A DNA stretch of 64,000 bases from Tubulanus polymorphus (lineage: Eukaryota > Animalia > Nemertea). The stretch spans positions 5,364,485 through 5,428,484 of the forward strand of contig NC_134027.1 of assembly GCF_964204645.1 (NCBI RefSeq). The letters are read 5' to 3'. Positions 1 through 21,741 of this stretch are shown here, piece by piece (positions within the stretch are counted from its first letter, which is position 1; each line of letters begins with the position of its first letter). The translations under genes and the position numbers were made by a program. The notes under the pieces were generated by a model that saw only the letters and a list, made by a program, of their open reading frames with translations, was not told where the DNA came from and ran no database searches.

Positions 1-996
1 TTGTTTGTTCGGCTTTACGTCGTTCAGATCTTGGTTTCCCAAAAGACTAATTGGATTATTCATTCGACCTGATGGCCTTTGAAGTGTTGCGCGCACGCAC
101 ACTGTAAGCAGCCAGCATTCATTTCAGGTTCATTTTCTGAACCTTTGAATAAGCACAACTTTTGAATACAAAATAGTATGGTACTTGTATGAAAAATATG
201 TTCAATAGAACAAAATATGTTAGGCCTACCCCTAAATAGACCAAAAATTTACGTTCCTATTTTCTGAACTTTGAATAAGAAATACTCACAAAATCTTCCT
301 ATTGAATTCACTGAACCTTTGAATACAATAATAGTACAGTTCTTTTATGGAAAATGTGTTCAATAGAATCATTCACGATGGTTTAACATAATTCATGACA
401 TTTGAATATCAGGATTATTTTATGATGTGCCCAAACTACTCGTATATACTTAAGGGAAATCATTCGAGAATGAATGATTGCAGTTAAAATCAAATTATTT
501 GTTACTATATCAAAGCTCAAAAAGCCAGCTTAGTATAATAATAATTCATACAAAAATAGCAAAATGAATACAGGCATATGGTGCTGTCTGGCAAGAGCGC
601 TAGATATTAGGGGCATGCCTCGCGTCTCATATGCAACACACAAATGCATACTGAACGTGCACAGTTGCACGTACCGTTAACTAGCAATATTTTCTGAATA
701 TAAGTATCCAGGGATATGACGAAGAACACAAAAGACATGTCCCAGTAAGCCGGTCTATTTAAAAAACAAATTGAGGTTCAATCAGAAAACAACACTTTTT
801 GTTTTAACTGCATCTACCCCTAAATAGATAGATAATGATGTCTGCTCGGATATGACTGACATCCCCAGTGGCCTAAATAAAACCTACTTATTAGTCCTGA
901 TATTGAAAACAACATAATAATAATACCAACAAATCCCAGGGTCCTAGACAGAGTATAAAAATAAGACATAAAACGGAAGGAAGCTATCTACCTTCC

Positions 997-1445
997 TTTC
1001 AACCTGACTTAAGAGCATACCGGGTGGTCTAGCTTGGTCAGTTTTGATGGTACATACCTGATAAAAGTGTCATTAGGGCCAGAAAGGACTGGCAGTTGAC
1101 ATAATACATTGTCTTTTAATCCATTTTAGAATATATTGAAGGATATCAAAAAAGTATGCATTGAAAGGGGTTAATGAGAGGAAAAGAGACTCCATGGTTT
1201 GAAAGTTTAACAATATGTTTCCAATGCCTACCAACCGAAGTTTGGTGTGTAGGCATGAAAACATATTGTTAAAGCGGTGAAGTGAAGCCTTTTTGGATAT
1301 CCTTCAATACAGTTTCAAATGGATTAAATAATGATGTTTTAAGTCGACTACCGTCCTTTCTGGTCCTAATAAGACCTTTATCAGGTATGCACTACCAAAA
1401 ATGACTGAGCTAGGCGACCTGATGTGCTCTCAAGTCAAGTTGAAA
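997..1445. mobile_element. Degraded foldback/MITE-like element with ~100-bp imperfect inverted arms
   Basis: 997-1100 (tttcaacctgacttaagag...catacctgataaaag...ccagaaaggac) is an imperfect reverse complement of ~1344-1445 (gtcctttctggtcc...tttatcaggtatg...ctctcaagtcaagttgaaa). Confidence 0.6.
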
Positions 1446-2124
1446 TAGACATTACCAGATTTTAACCACAGCATAATCCTAGTTGTCGCTCTGCTAAACA
1501 ATGCGGCCAATCCTCTAGAATAGTTGTGTAAGTATCGTTATAGTTTTCATGCTTATATTTGATAAGTTACTATCGTTACTATAGAAACCATATGCACTAC
1601 TTATTGATGAGAAAAATTGATTGTTAATAATCAAAAGGAATCACCGAAATAAATTGGGACCAGAACTGAGACTGACCATGTCCATATGTAGTTAGTTACC
1701 TAATCGTTGGTGGTAAGCTTTTTATAATCGGATGAGCTTATACCCTGTGGTTTGTGAAAATATCCGATCGTGAAACTAAACCACAGTCAGGTTACTGACT
1801 ACTAAGTACTATTAGTATTAGTCCATATGCTGACAAAAATGATTAAAACTGACAATTGATACAAATACAAGGAATTTGACAGTTTTTTTGTACCAATAAA
1901 TCAAGCCTACCTTTTGAAGTCAAGACTTAGAGGCTGTCGTTTTTACAGAGGAGCAGAGGAGCGTGTACCCTTCACTGAGAGCGACACTGCAATGAGGCCT
2001 CTTACTTCTATGTAAGTTTTATGTAATGTGAACTACTGTCGATCGATACGCCACCTAACGAGAAATCAAAAATGAGTCCGGAGCCGGTTAATAGTGGTTT
2101 TAGTTCTTTGTCCGGGATTTCAAT

Positions 2125-10535
<8,411 letters not shown>

Positions 10536-10920
10536 TAAATAGATTACGTCACAAAAGTTACTGCCCTGAAATGATGATAAGTAAGCGTATTGTTGTATGG
10601 ACAATGAGATTGTAATACTATGATTGAACTGCTACCTCTCAATACACTCAAAACCAAAATACTTTTCACTATTTCTCAACTCAATCTTGTGACATATGGA
10701 AACCTCAGGATGTTATTTCACAAATCATGAAATGGTCCGGATATTCATGTGGACGGGATTTTGAGGCTTGAATCTTTTTAGATTTTGCATTTATACATAA
10801 TCGTTGAAATGATAACTAACTGAAATTGATTATCAATAATGTGCGTTGATCTATTTGCGTACAAAAAGTAGTTTTGGACTTGCTTGACATGGACAAGATG
10901 AAAACCTGAATGTCGGTACC

Positions 10921-11264
10921 CATCATCCTCCCCCAGCAGGGATTCGAATCTGATGACATCGAGATTGCCACGGTATGAAACCCTGCCACACTAGACCGAG
11001 TGCGTGGCTACATGCGCAGCTTAGATGATGTCGTTATAAGCCAATCGGATATCCTGTTTTATTTTAGCCCGCGCTTTCCCATTTATAGTTCTTCCATGAA
11101 ATTTGCCTTAGCGATTATACAACGAGCTGATCGGTGTCACAAATCTGATTGGTGCCGCAAGTTTTCATGCGGTAAACCTGCACACCCTAGTGTGGCAGGG
11201 CATTGTGCCGTGGCTGAATGTAGCGATGCCATCGGGTTCAAATCCCTGCTGAGGGAGGATGGTT
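10921..11264. repeat. Inverted repeat with tRNA/SINE-like B-box arms, downstream of the PHF8 stop
   Basis: catcctcccccagcagggattcgaatctgatgacatcg...ccctgccacactag pairs with ctagtgtggcaggg...cgatgccatcgggttcaaatccctgctgagggaggatg. Confidence 0.7.
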
Positions 11265-13735
11265 GACCCCACCCCAATCCCTAATTTGCGATGTAGCTAC
11301 CGCTAATATGACAACCGTTGTCATTATCTATTATATATTTGTATGTTCTGTTGTCTTATTTTGTTTATAAACCAAAGGATAGCTGCCCTATTTAGATACG
11401 GTATTTATTTTGCTCATCCTATGTTAGTTAATTTATCCATAGATCAATACTTCATAAGGTTGTGTAAATCTATCAGTCTGTAAAATTTTGCAATGTATAT
11501 TTTTCAGCTGGCTTGAACTCTGTACAGATCAATGCACCGTGTAATATATTATCAAAAATCGTCTTTTTATTTGATTCTTAAACTTATGAAAGCGAAGAAA
11601 AAGATTGATTGAAAACTTTTGATCTTCCTGGCAAAATAGATCTGCAATTTGTATCTCGTTTACATTTTCATTGTCTATAATTTTGTACTCTATGATGTTC
11701 AGCTGTGAAGTCACAACTTCAATTTTGTTCTAGTCTGGGGCCTTGAATTCTGAAATGTAAGCATGGTGTGACTTCAAAATTTTTGTAGGAACACTTTCCA
11801 TAAATTATGGCTTCAAGCTTTTATATTGTTCCATATATTTCTATGATTTCGTAAAGAAATACATATTTGTACATAGAATAACATGGATTGTAAGATAGAT
11901 TGTAAGATAAGACAATGTTTCATATGCCAGCATGTAAGATTCACCTGATTTGTAAAGAAATATTAATATATGCGTATTTGTATATGTATGTAGTGAATTC
12001 TGTTGAAACATAAGATTTTTATGTTATATTAATTTAATTTCGTATCAAGATTTTATTTTCATGTTGTTAAAAGAGTTGGTCATTAAATGACTGCTGAATA
12101 CTGGTATTACTAATATTGTTTTAGTACATTTTGTTTTGTATTATGTATCGTCTCTTGATTCCCGGTCAGTCTCACTATCTTTCTCAGACACTTGAATAAC
12201 AGTCAAGGTTCTGGTTTTGGGGTCGAACGGTTAAAATTGCGTAAAGTCGTTTATACGTCATTTTGACTTAATAATGTTAGAACATGTCGAAGTATAACTC
12301 TCAATTAAACTATAGAATTTGACGTACAATAGTGGAACTGAACTATTCCTGGGTTTTTATATTGGCTAGGCCTACTGATCGAAGCACTGGAGAATAATGC
12401 GACGTGGGATTTCTGGCTTGCGTCAGATTTCACAGAACTTAGTAGATAGAATTAAGAGATTTCGATATATATTTAGCTCTAAATTTGGGTTTACTTGTAA
12501 ATTTAAAAAAAAACACTCGACTAGCACAGTGGATGATGTCGATTAAGAATAACACAAGTTCGAGTTAGGTTTATTCACGTTGATAATTATAGATATATTG
12601 TCTTTCTTTGAATTCTTGATTTATGGTTGTCGTCGTGTGTCTGATGTCTCTCCGGCAATTTTGCAATATTTCTATACTCGTTTTGTGATAAATATTTACG
12701 TGTATATATATGTATATATTGGACTGTCGAACCGTTTATAAGTGTATCCGAAGTTTGTTGAAATGTAGCTTTGCTTCAACTTCTCTAGAACATCATGTAT
12801 ATTACATGTAACGTATGAAAAATCATTGTATATAAAACTTGATACATTATTTGTATGCGTTTTGTAAGATCGGCAACCTGTATATACTGCACATTGAATG
12901 AATAAACAAACATTTAATACAAACTGAATATCTTATTTTGAAGTTATGAATGACGATTGCGCTATGGAAAACCACCGGTTTTCCAGTGGCATCGGGCGGA
13001 TATTGACGGATATCGTGTATCGTTTCGACTCATCAGGCAAAGTGTTACAAACGAGGACATAGGGTGAATCTGTAATGACGTTCTAGACATTGAAAAAGTT
13101 GCAACAAACCAGTTTTACAGCAATAAATCGAAATTATTTCAACGCGCAACGACACCTTTAAGCGACAAATAAAGAATTGTAGCGTGCGTTAAACTGTACA
13201 CAGAGACAAAATGTTTTGAATGTATAAATTCCACGTATACGTAAAAGGCCCATTTCCAAATCCACCCGTTGTTTTTAGTTCTAAACATTACTCGTAGTAT
13301 CAAGTGTTCATAAAAGCTAGTCTTTATTAATTTTGATAGTATATATAGCATTTTCCGAATGCTTTTTATATATTCACCTATTTCTCGGGGGCCATTCTTA
13401 GTCTAGGTTTTGCAAGTTGACCTCGTGTTCTATTTTTCAATCGCTTTCCAAATATTGAGGGATTTTGATCAACATTCCTAGAACAACGACCTACATTTCG
13501 TTGTAAGCGTGTGCGATAAATGAAACGATCGCAGATATAAAACCTGTCTACATTGCCAATGTCACTATGAAAACTGATTCACCAGCGCATGGTAGGTTTG
13601 ATGTAGATTGAGCTACCAGCAGCTGCGTTATAGCATACACAACAACATCCCTGGATATACGTAGAACGACTATTTGCCAAACGGAAATTGCCATAACACT
13701 GTCGAACGAAACAACGCCGTCACGAAATCTACAAA

Positions 13736-16411
13736 ATGGATTTGACAAGACTTTGTATGCGAATGTTGTCGCGAGTATCCAGAACTCATGCTATTAAATG
13801 GTAAGAGTAATCTCATTCAAAAAATTAAGATCGATACTCATATATCATCACTCTGAATTTCATTACGTATGCGGACTTACAATGCGATCATTACATAATT
13901 ATTTCTTAACGCGGTTTATATCATCTCGTCGATGTTGTACCACCCACCCAATAGTGATGTTGACATTTTGTCACATCTATACACAGGGGCTCGTATTTGA
14001 AGTTTGGGGGTGAAGTAGCTTAGATCATCCAATCCCTGGTACTATATATATCTTGTTATATATATTAGTACCAGGGATACTGGATGATCTAAGCTACTTC
14101 ACCCCCAAACTTCAAATACGAGCCCCTGTGCATCTATATGTAAATATTCGCGTATTATACATATATATAATATATATCGATGACTCTCGACATGAGGTCT
14201 GCGTGCCGGTATAGCAAACCCTACAGATATACTTAAAAATTTAATACAGCATGTTCAGTCAAATTGGAGATTAAACGACACTATGACGTTGAATCTGTGA
14301 CAAAATCAACTGGACGTAATCTAAACCTTCCAATCACTGCATGATGCCATTGATGCAGCAGTGGCGAATCCAGGCTGACTGATGGACAGGGGTTACATAA
14401 TTAAGAAGATTCTTTAAAAAGGGGTGCGCAGCCAAAACGTGGGTCTGGAGAATTACAAAAATTTCAGTGCGTTTTAATCGCAGGAGAGAGACGCATAATC
14501 TAAAGAGAAATTGCCCCAAATTGCCTTCAACAGTGCACGGGTGGCTCTTCGGCCATCTAAGCCGCGACAGAATACGTGCCCTTTTTGAAAGAAGCGATGT
14601 GTACAAAACTGTTACATTTATGGCATAACGAAAAAAAATGTTACATTTTCATTACAATCGAAAGCTACCAAAATACCCGGTACTAACTGTGACATTTTCT
14701 AATTTTGTTCAAACAGTTTTCGAAGGCATCAGCACGTCAGTTTACCGCAACATGCAAAAGCCGTCCCGCCCAAAATATACGATCTCATCACAGCGCACAG
14801 AAATTCACAGGTACGTACAGGTCCACTCCAATTGTACAAATCATTCTCCTGGATGTTTTTGCGTAGCGAAAAGTGCTTATTTTGAAATATAATTGATTAC
14901 TATTCGAACAGTCTGGTGTCACCCTACCTGAAATTTTTTTTTGAATTCCTGTCTATCCGACTCAATTTGCTTCTCCCCAATTTTCCATTATCTTTGGGGA
15001 TATTATAAGTAGTTCCTATTTCTATAAGGTTTTAATGGCGGCATGCGATCTAAAGATTTTCGACGAACTGGAGAAAAATAGGGGTCGACCAATGACTGCT
15101 GAGGATGTAGCTAAGAGATTAGACCTTGATCCCGATGCCACGGAGAAACTGCTGAACGTTTTGGCTGGAATGGAATTACTAAAAAAACATTGGGACATCG
15201 TTGGCACAGGTAACATTTCCGATTAGGAATTGAATGTCTATCGGATGGTTACGCTAATGATAATAACAATGGTGTAATTCAAAGATATTTTTTCTAGGAT
15301 TATTTGCAAATACTCAAGAAAGCAGACAATGTTTTCTAACGAAAAACAAGCAAAACGTGACTAATTATGTAATGGAGGAGCTCAATACGGGTGTTCCCGC
15401 GTTCAATATGATCAAAGAAACATTACAATCAGGTAAAAATCTTGTGACGTTTTGTAAATGAATGTTGTCTTAATCTTGTATAAAAAACTTTCAATTATGG
15501 ATTTGAATCTAAGGTGGTCGATTGAAACAGCCTGATGAAAACGACGAAGAAACACATGGTTTTATCCAATCGAATAACAGCCCTGAACTGGAGTTTCCGA
15601 TTACAGAGGCAAAGAATGCCCTTGCAGAAGCTCTTGCCCCCAATCTAGTCTCTGCATTTGAACTTGAAAAACACAATACCTGTATCATCATTGGAGGTGA
15701 GCGTTATACTTGATTGAATAGATCTATTGAAACCAATCAACGACGAATCTACGTCTTGTGGTTTTATCTATCTACAGATTGTAGCTCCATAGCGGTTGAA
15801 ATGTGTCACACATATCCTCATATGAATACAACATTTTTTGCAATTAATGAAGCAGCTTCGGAATATAGCTTAGAAAATAAAATTCCTGACAATCTCGTCA
15901 TTCAAAGTAGTAAGTGTCAAGTCTAAATGGTCAAAATTTATGTAAATGTATAAAATCCAAACTAATATTTTTGTACGCTCATATTTGAAGTCGATGTGAT
16001 GAATGATTCTATTCCATCCTGTGATTTGCTTGTCCTCAGTCATGTGATACGAGAGTTAGATGAGGAGAATACTAGAAACGTACTCACTAAATGTGCCAGC
16101 GCTTTAAAAGAAGGTGAGTTGTAATGTTTTAAGTGGGAGGTGTTTGCTTTTGATTCCCTTTTTAAATTTGTCTAGTTTATTAACTAGGTGGCACACTCCA
16201 AATATTAGAAAAAATGATCAACGACAAGAAAGACGGACCGCTGCTAACGCTGACTACCGACTTACTGTTGTTCATGCTGAAAGGTAGTCACAGCTATTCC
16301 TTCGATGATTTTCGTAAACTGCTGAAACCACACGGATTTTCCAACGTCCAATGCAAGATCATGGTCGATGATCCGTTTTACGACATTTTGATCGCGGAAA
16401 AGAAACATTGA
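13736..16411 (+). CDS. ASMT-like class I O-methyltransferase-fold protein with putative mitochondrial presequence and degenerate active site (about 8 exons)
   Basis: Spliced frame gives MDLTRLCMRMLSRVSRTHAIKC|FRRHQH...IYDLITAHRNSQ|VLMAACDLKIFDEL...AEDVAKRLDLD..ATEKLLNVLAGMELL (OMT dimerisation region). The C-terminal part reads CDLLVLSHVIRELDEE..VLTKCASALKEGG..ILEKMINDKKDGPLLT..LLKPHGF. Confidence 0.8.
13982..14130. mobile_element. Hairpin MITE, P-superfamily-like (CACAG...CTGTG), with 8-bp TSD CATCTATA
   Basis: Near-perfect ~60-bp inverted arms. CATCTATA occurs at 13974-13981 and 14131-14138. Confidence 0.85.
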
Positions 16412-17269
16412 AATGTTATACCAAGGATTTAAATTTTCAGCACAAGTGAATTTGTTTTGGAAAACAACTTCCAAACGTACTTTAGTTCGTGCGGTTTCTA
16501 TAGGCTGTCTCAATTGAATGCCTTATACTTTTATTTTTGAATATCACGAGACTTAATGGATTTATTATGCGCTCCGTCTACAAGAGGATTACGCGTCATT
16601 ATATAAGCTCATTGCCACCAAGGGCAGGAGTATTATGATTAATTTGAGTGCTGTTATCAGGTCAAGATTCAGATTCGATCTTTTTAAAAAGGCTGTGAAT
16701 GATGTCCATAGATTCCTATGAAATCACATTTAAAATGTGCCGGCGTCCGCGAGTTTCATTCTGTGGCAACTATGCAATTTTTACTACTATGAGAATGGAG
16801 ATAAACTTTATCAAATAAAATTAGAATACATTTATCATTTTCAAAATAGTTTATTTTTCAATTAAAAAACATTCATATAATTATGCTACAGTATAGACTT
16901 TGTTATCATTTATGAATACTAATGTATGTATATTATGTTGCTCGAATTACCCTTGCAATGTGAAAATAAAATAACAATTACTATTCATCTAACTACATCA
17001 CTTTCGTTTTAAGTCAATTGCAATACCTACACATGCTCAAATGGTTAACTTCGAAACTAGGAAATATCTATTTGAACGGAGTTATAGGTCAATCAAGGTA
17101 CAATGTTTTAATTTCATTGTATCTGGTGAATAATAGACTTTGACTTTTAAAACTTAACTAGACGCAAGCAGAAAAGAGACCTTTTCCACAATGATAAATC
17201 ATTAACATGACTCGTTGAAAAGAACATACAAAATGAAAACCTTATTGACTAGATTAATACGGTGTTGAT

Positions 17270-19017
<1,748 letters not shown>

Positions 19018-19528
19018 CTTGATTTCACAGGTGTATCACTTGACTGAGCATACACTAAACAAATTTACACCACAGTAAAACCTTCAAACAAATAAGTTCT
19101 TGTGAAGTGCAACAACCCCCTTGTTCATTTGAGCATGTATAAGCATGATATTATAAGATTTTTTTAAAGCTGAAAGTGAAGGCCTTATTATTTGGTTTGT
19201 TTGTTCACCATCATCACTTCAGACAGAATAACAGGTTTACAGCAAGCATGGCCAGAGGACCGCCCCCAACCAACAAGGACAAAGGTGACCAGTTCCACAC
19301 TTTTCTATTCTTTGAGTTTGTAACTAAAATAACCGATGACATCGCCTAACGACCAGTCCCTGGCTGAGAGAACTCATTCCCTGATACGGGTTTGATGTTT
19401 CTAGTACATACCAAACGTATTTTCGTCCTCAAAACAATCAAAGATCAAGTAGCCCGAGGAAGTATTATTAGTGAAACCACTAAACACGAGTACCATACGG
19501 TGCTGCCACCTTAGCGAGATCTAACAAC

Positions 19529-21390
19529 ATGGCGGCCCCCATGGCATTCGCGGACCGACTATTCAAAGCAAAAACATGTCTTTATTCATTACGTTTCTAT
19601 CCAGTTAGACAGTTAAGAACATTTCAAAAAACCATTCAACCCATACCGACAGCTACTGAAAGTTTTGAGCAAAAGCAAGCAGGTAAAACTATCATCTAAA
19701 CGTAAACAAAAAATAGTACTAAAAATGCATCCATCGGGGTTATTGAAATGTGATAATTTCGGTTCGAATCCCAAAATGATGTAATCTTTTTCAGCTATGA
19801 ATGCAAAAGATGCAGAACTTGATGAAATAGTAGATATTGGATTACCTTGGAAAGGAGCCCCTGTTAGCAGTAAAGAGAGACAAATTTCATTGAAGAAGTT
19901 AAAATCGGATGTCGAGTTAGAACAACTGGCAAGAAACAAAGAATGTAAGCTTTAGTTTTAAAAATTTTGTAGGGCTTAGGTCATGTTGTTATATAGTTTT
20001 TCTCATCATGTAAGTGAAGCTGACACATACATGATTTTTTGGTATCCTATTTCAGTATTTTTACCTCTTGATGAAGTTGAACAAGACTGGCTACGTGAAG
20101 TTGGACCATTGCATATCCAGACTGTTGCAGAACATTATGGAATATTCAATGATTTGTATGGAGCGGCAAATTTCATACCACAGGTTCCCCTAAGTGTCAT
20201 GTTTGATTATGATGATTCGCTTGTTTCACCAGTTTTTATCGGGAATAGGATACCAGCACAAGAGGTAGATTGATAATCACGAACCTGCAGTAGAGTCTGT
20301 ATTTTCACCGAAATCAGTTAACTTCAAAAAACCTTTGTCCATCTTCATCTAGGCAGTTTCAGCTCCATATATATCATATGATGCAGCTGATAATTCATTA
20401 TGGACTCTAGTCATGACCTGTCCAGATGAGCATCTTCAACATCAAGATAAAGAGTATATACATTGGTTCATGTAAGTCTAAAAAACAAATGCTTTGACTA
20501 CTACTATATTACATGTAATTATTCATAGAGAAATCTTTGAAAGGTTTGTTTATTTTCCAGAGGGAATATTCCTGGATCTGATGTTAGTAAAGGGGAAGTA
20601 ATCTGTGATTATTTACAACCGATTCCAGCTCGTGGGACTGGTTTCCACAGATATGTCTTCGTACTTTACAAACAAGAGAAGAAGATTGATTTCAGCAAGG
20701 AAAAAAGACCTCAAGACTGGTATGTCCAACATTCAATTCAATGGAACATCATGAAAGTCAATTGTTTTGTTATGTCTCTCCATATATGTTTTTATAGTGT
20801 AAGTTTAAAGGAAAGAACATTTAGCACATTAGATTTCTACAGAGAACACCAAGATCATATGACTCCTGCTAGTTTGGCTTTCTTCCTAAGCGAATGGGAT
20901 CACAGTGTTCAGGATACGTTCAGGCATCAATTGGGTATGAATACATCTTGATATTTTGAGATTATTTTCATACACTTATTCTTAGCGGTTCATGATTGTT
21001 CACTTGATATTATAGGAATGAGAGACCCTGTATTTGAATATTGTTATCCAATAGAATATCACCCACCCCAAAGATATTACCCTAAGAAAGAACCATTTAA
21101 CAAGTAAGTAGCTAGTGATTCATCGGAATTATGCCCACGAGATATTATTTGTACTGATATCTATCTAATAACTTTGCATTTTTAGATACCTGGATTACTA
21201 TAGAGATCACAAAGAAATTGCTGAAGAAATTTTGAAGAAACGATTGAAAATGATTTCACCATTTGAGGATTACCCGAAAAGACTTAAATATCCAAACATA
21301 TTCCATGTCCCGAATCATGTACCTACGTGGAAAAAGGATGAACTAGCTAAAGAACGACTTAGATTGGGCAAATACAAAGATCTTCCTTGA
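19529..21390 (+). CDS. MRPL38: Mitochondrial ribosomal protein mL38 (PEBP domain), multi-exon
   Basis: MAAPM start with a presequence. Motifs VDIGLP, IQTVAEHYGIFNDLY, WTLVMTCPDEHL, YIHWF, YLQPIPARGTGFHRYVFVLYKQ, LKERTFSTLDFY, MTPASLAFF.SEWD and RYLDYYRD are present. Confidence 0.93.
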
Positions 21391-21741
21391 ATAAAAGAAT
21401 ATGCTCGTTAAACAATATGCTTTTTATGTACCAGTATGTAGACAATAAATAATTGAATTTGTTGATATTTAGTACATGAATGTTTGAATTTTGTTGCTTA
21501 AGCCTTTCTTTCCACTGCAAAACCATAAGAAGCAATATTTGATCTATAAAATATTTATTGACATTGTAATTAAATGCATTGAAATATTGCTTGATATACC
21601 GGAACATGTTGCTCATTTCGTTAAGTGACCATCAAGCAAGTACATATACATTCATTGCTCATAAAACTTCGTTCCTCATCTTTAGAAAATGGCAATGAAT
21701 AGGGTTCAGTTTCTTGGCATTTGTGAATCTGCACGCATTTG

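Noticed and set aside
133-368. Short degenerate direct repeats (ctgaacctttgaata...tgttcaatagaa)
   Set aside because: They are too short and decayed to assign, and are probably an old local duplication or repeat remnant.
11190-11264. Possible tRNA gene (A/B-box-like motifs)
   Set aside because: I could not fold a cloverleaf. It is treated as a SINE/foldback arm instead.
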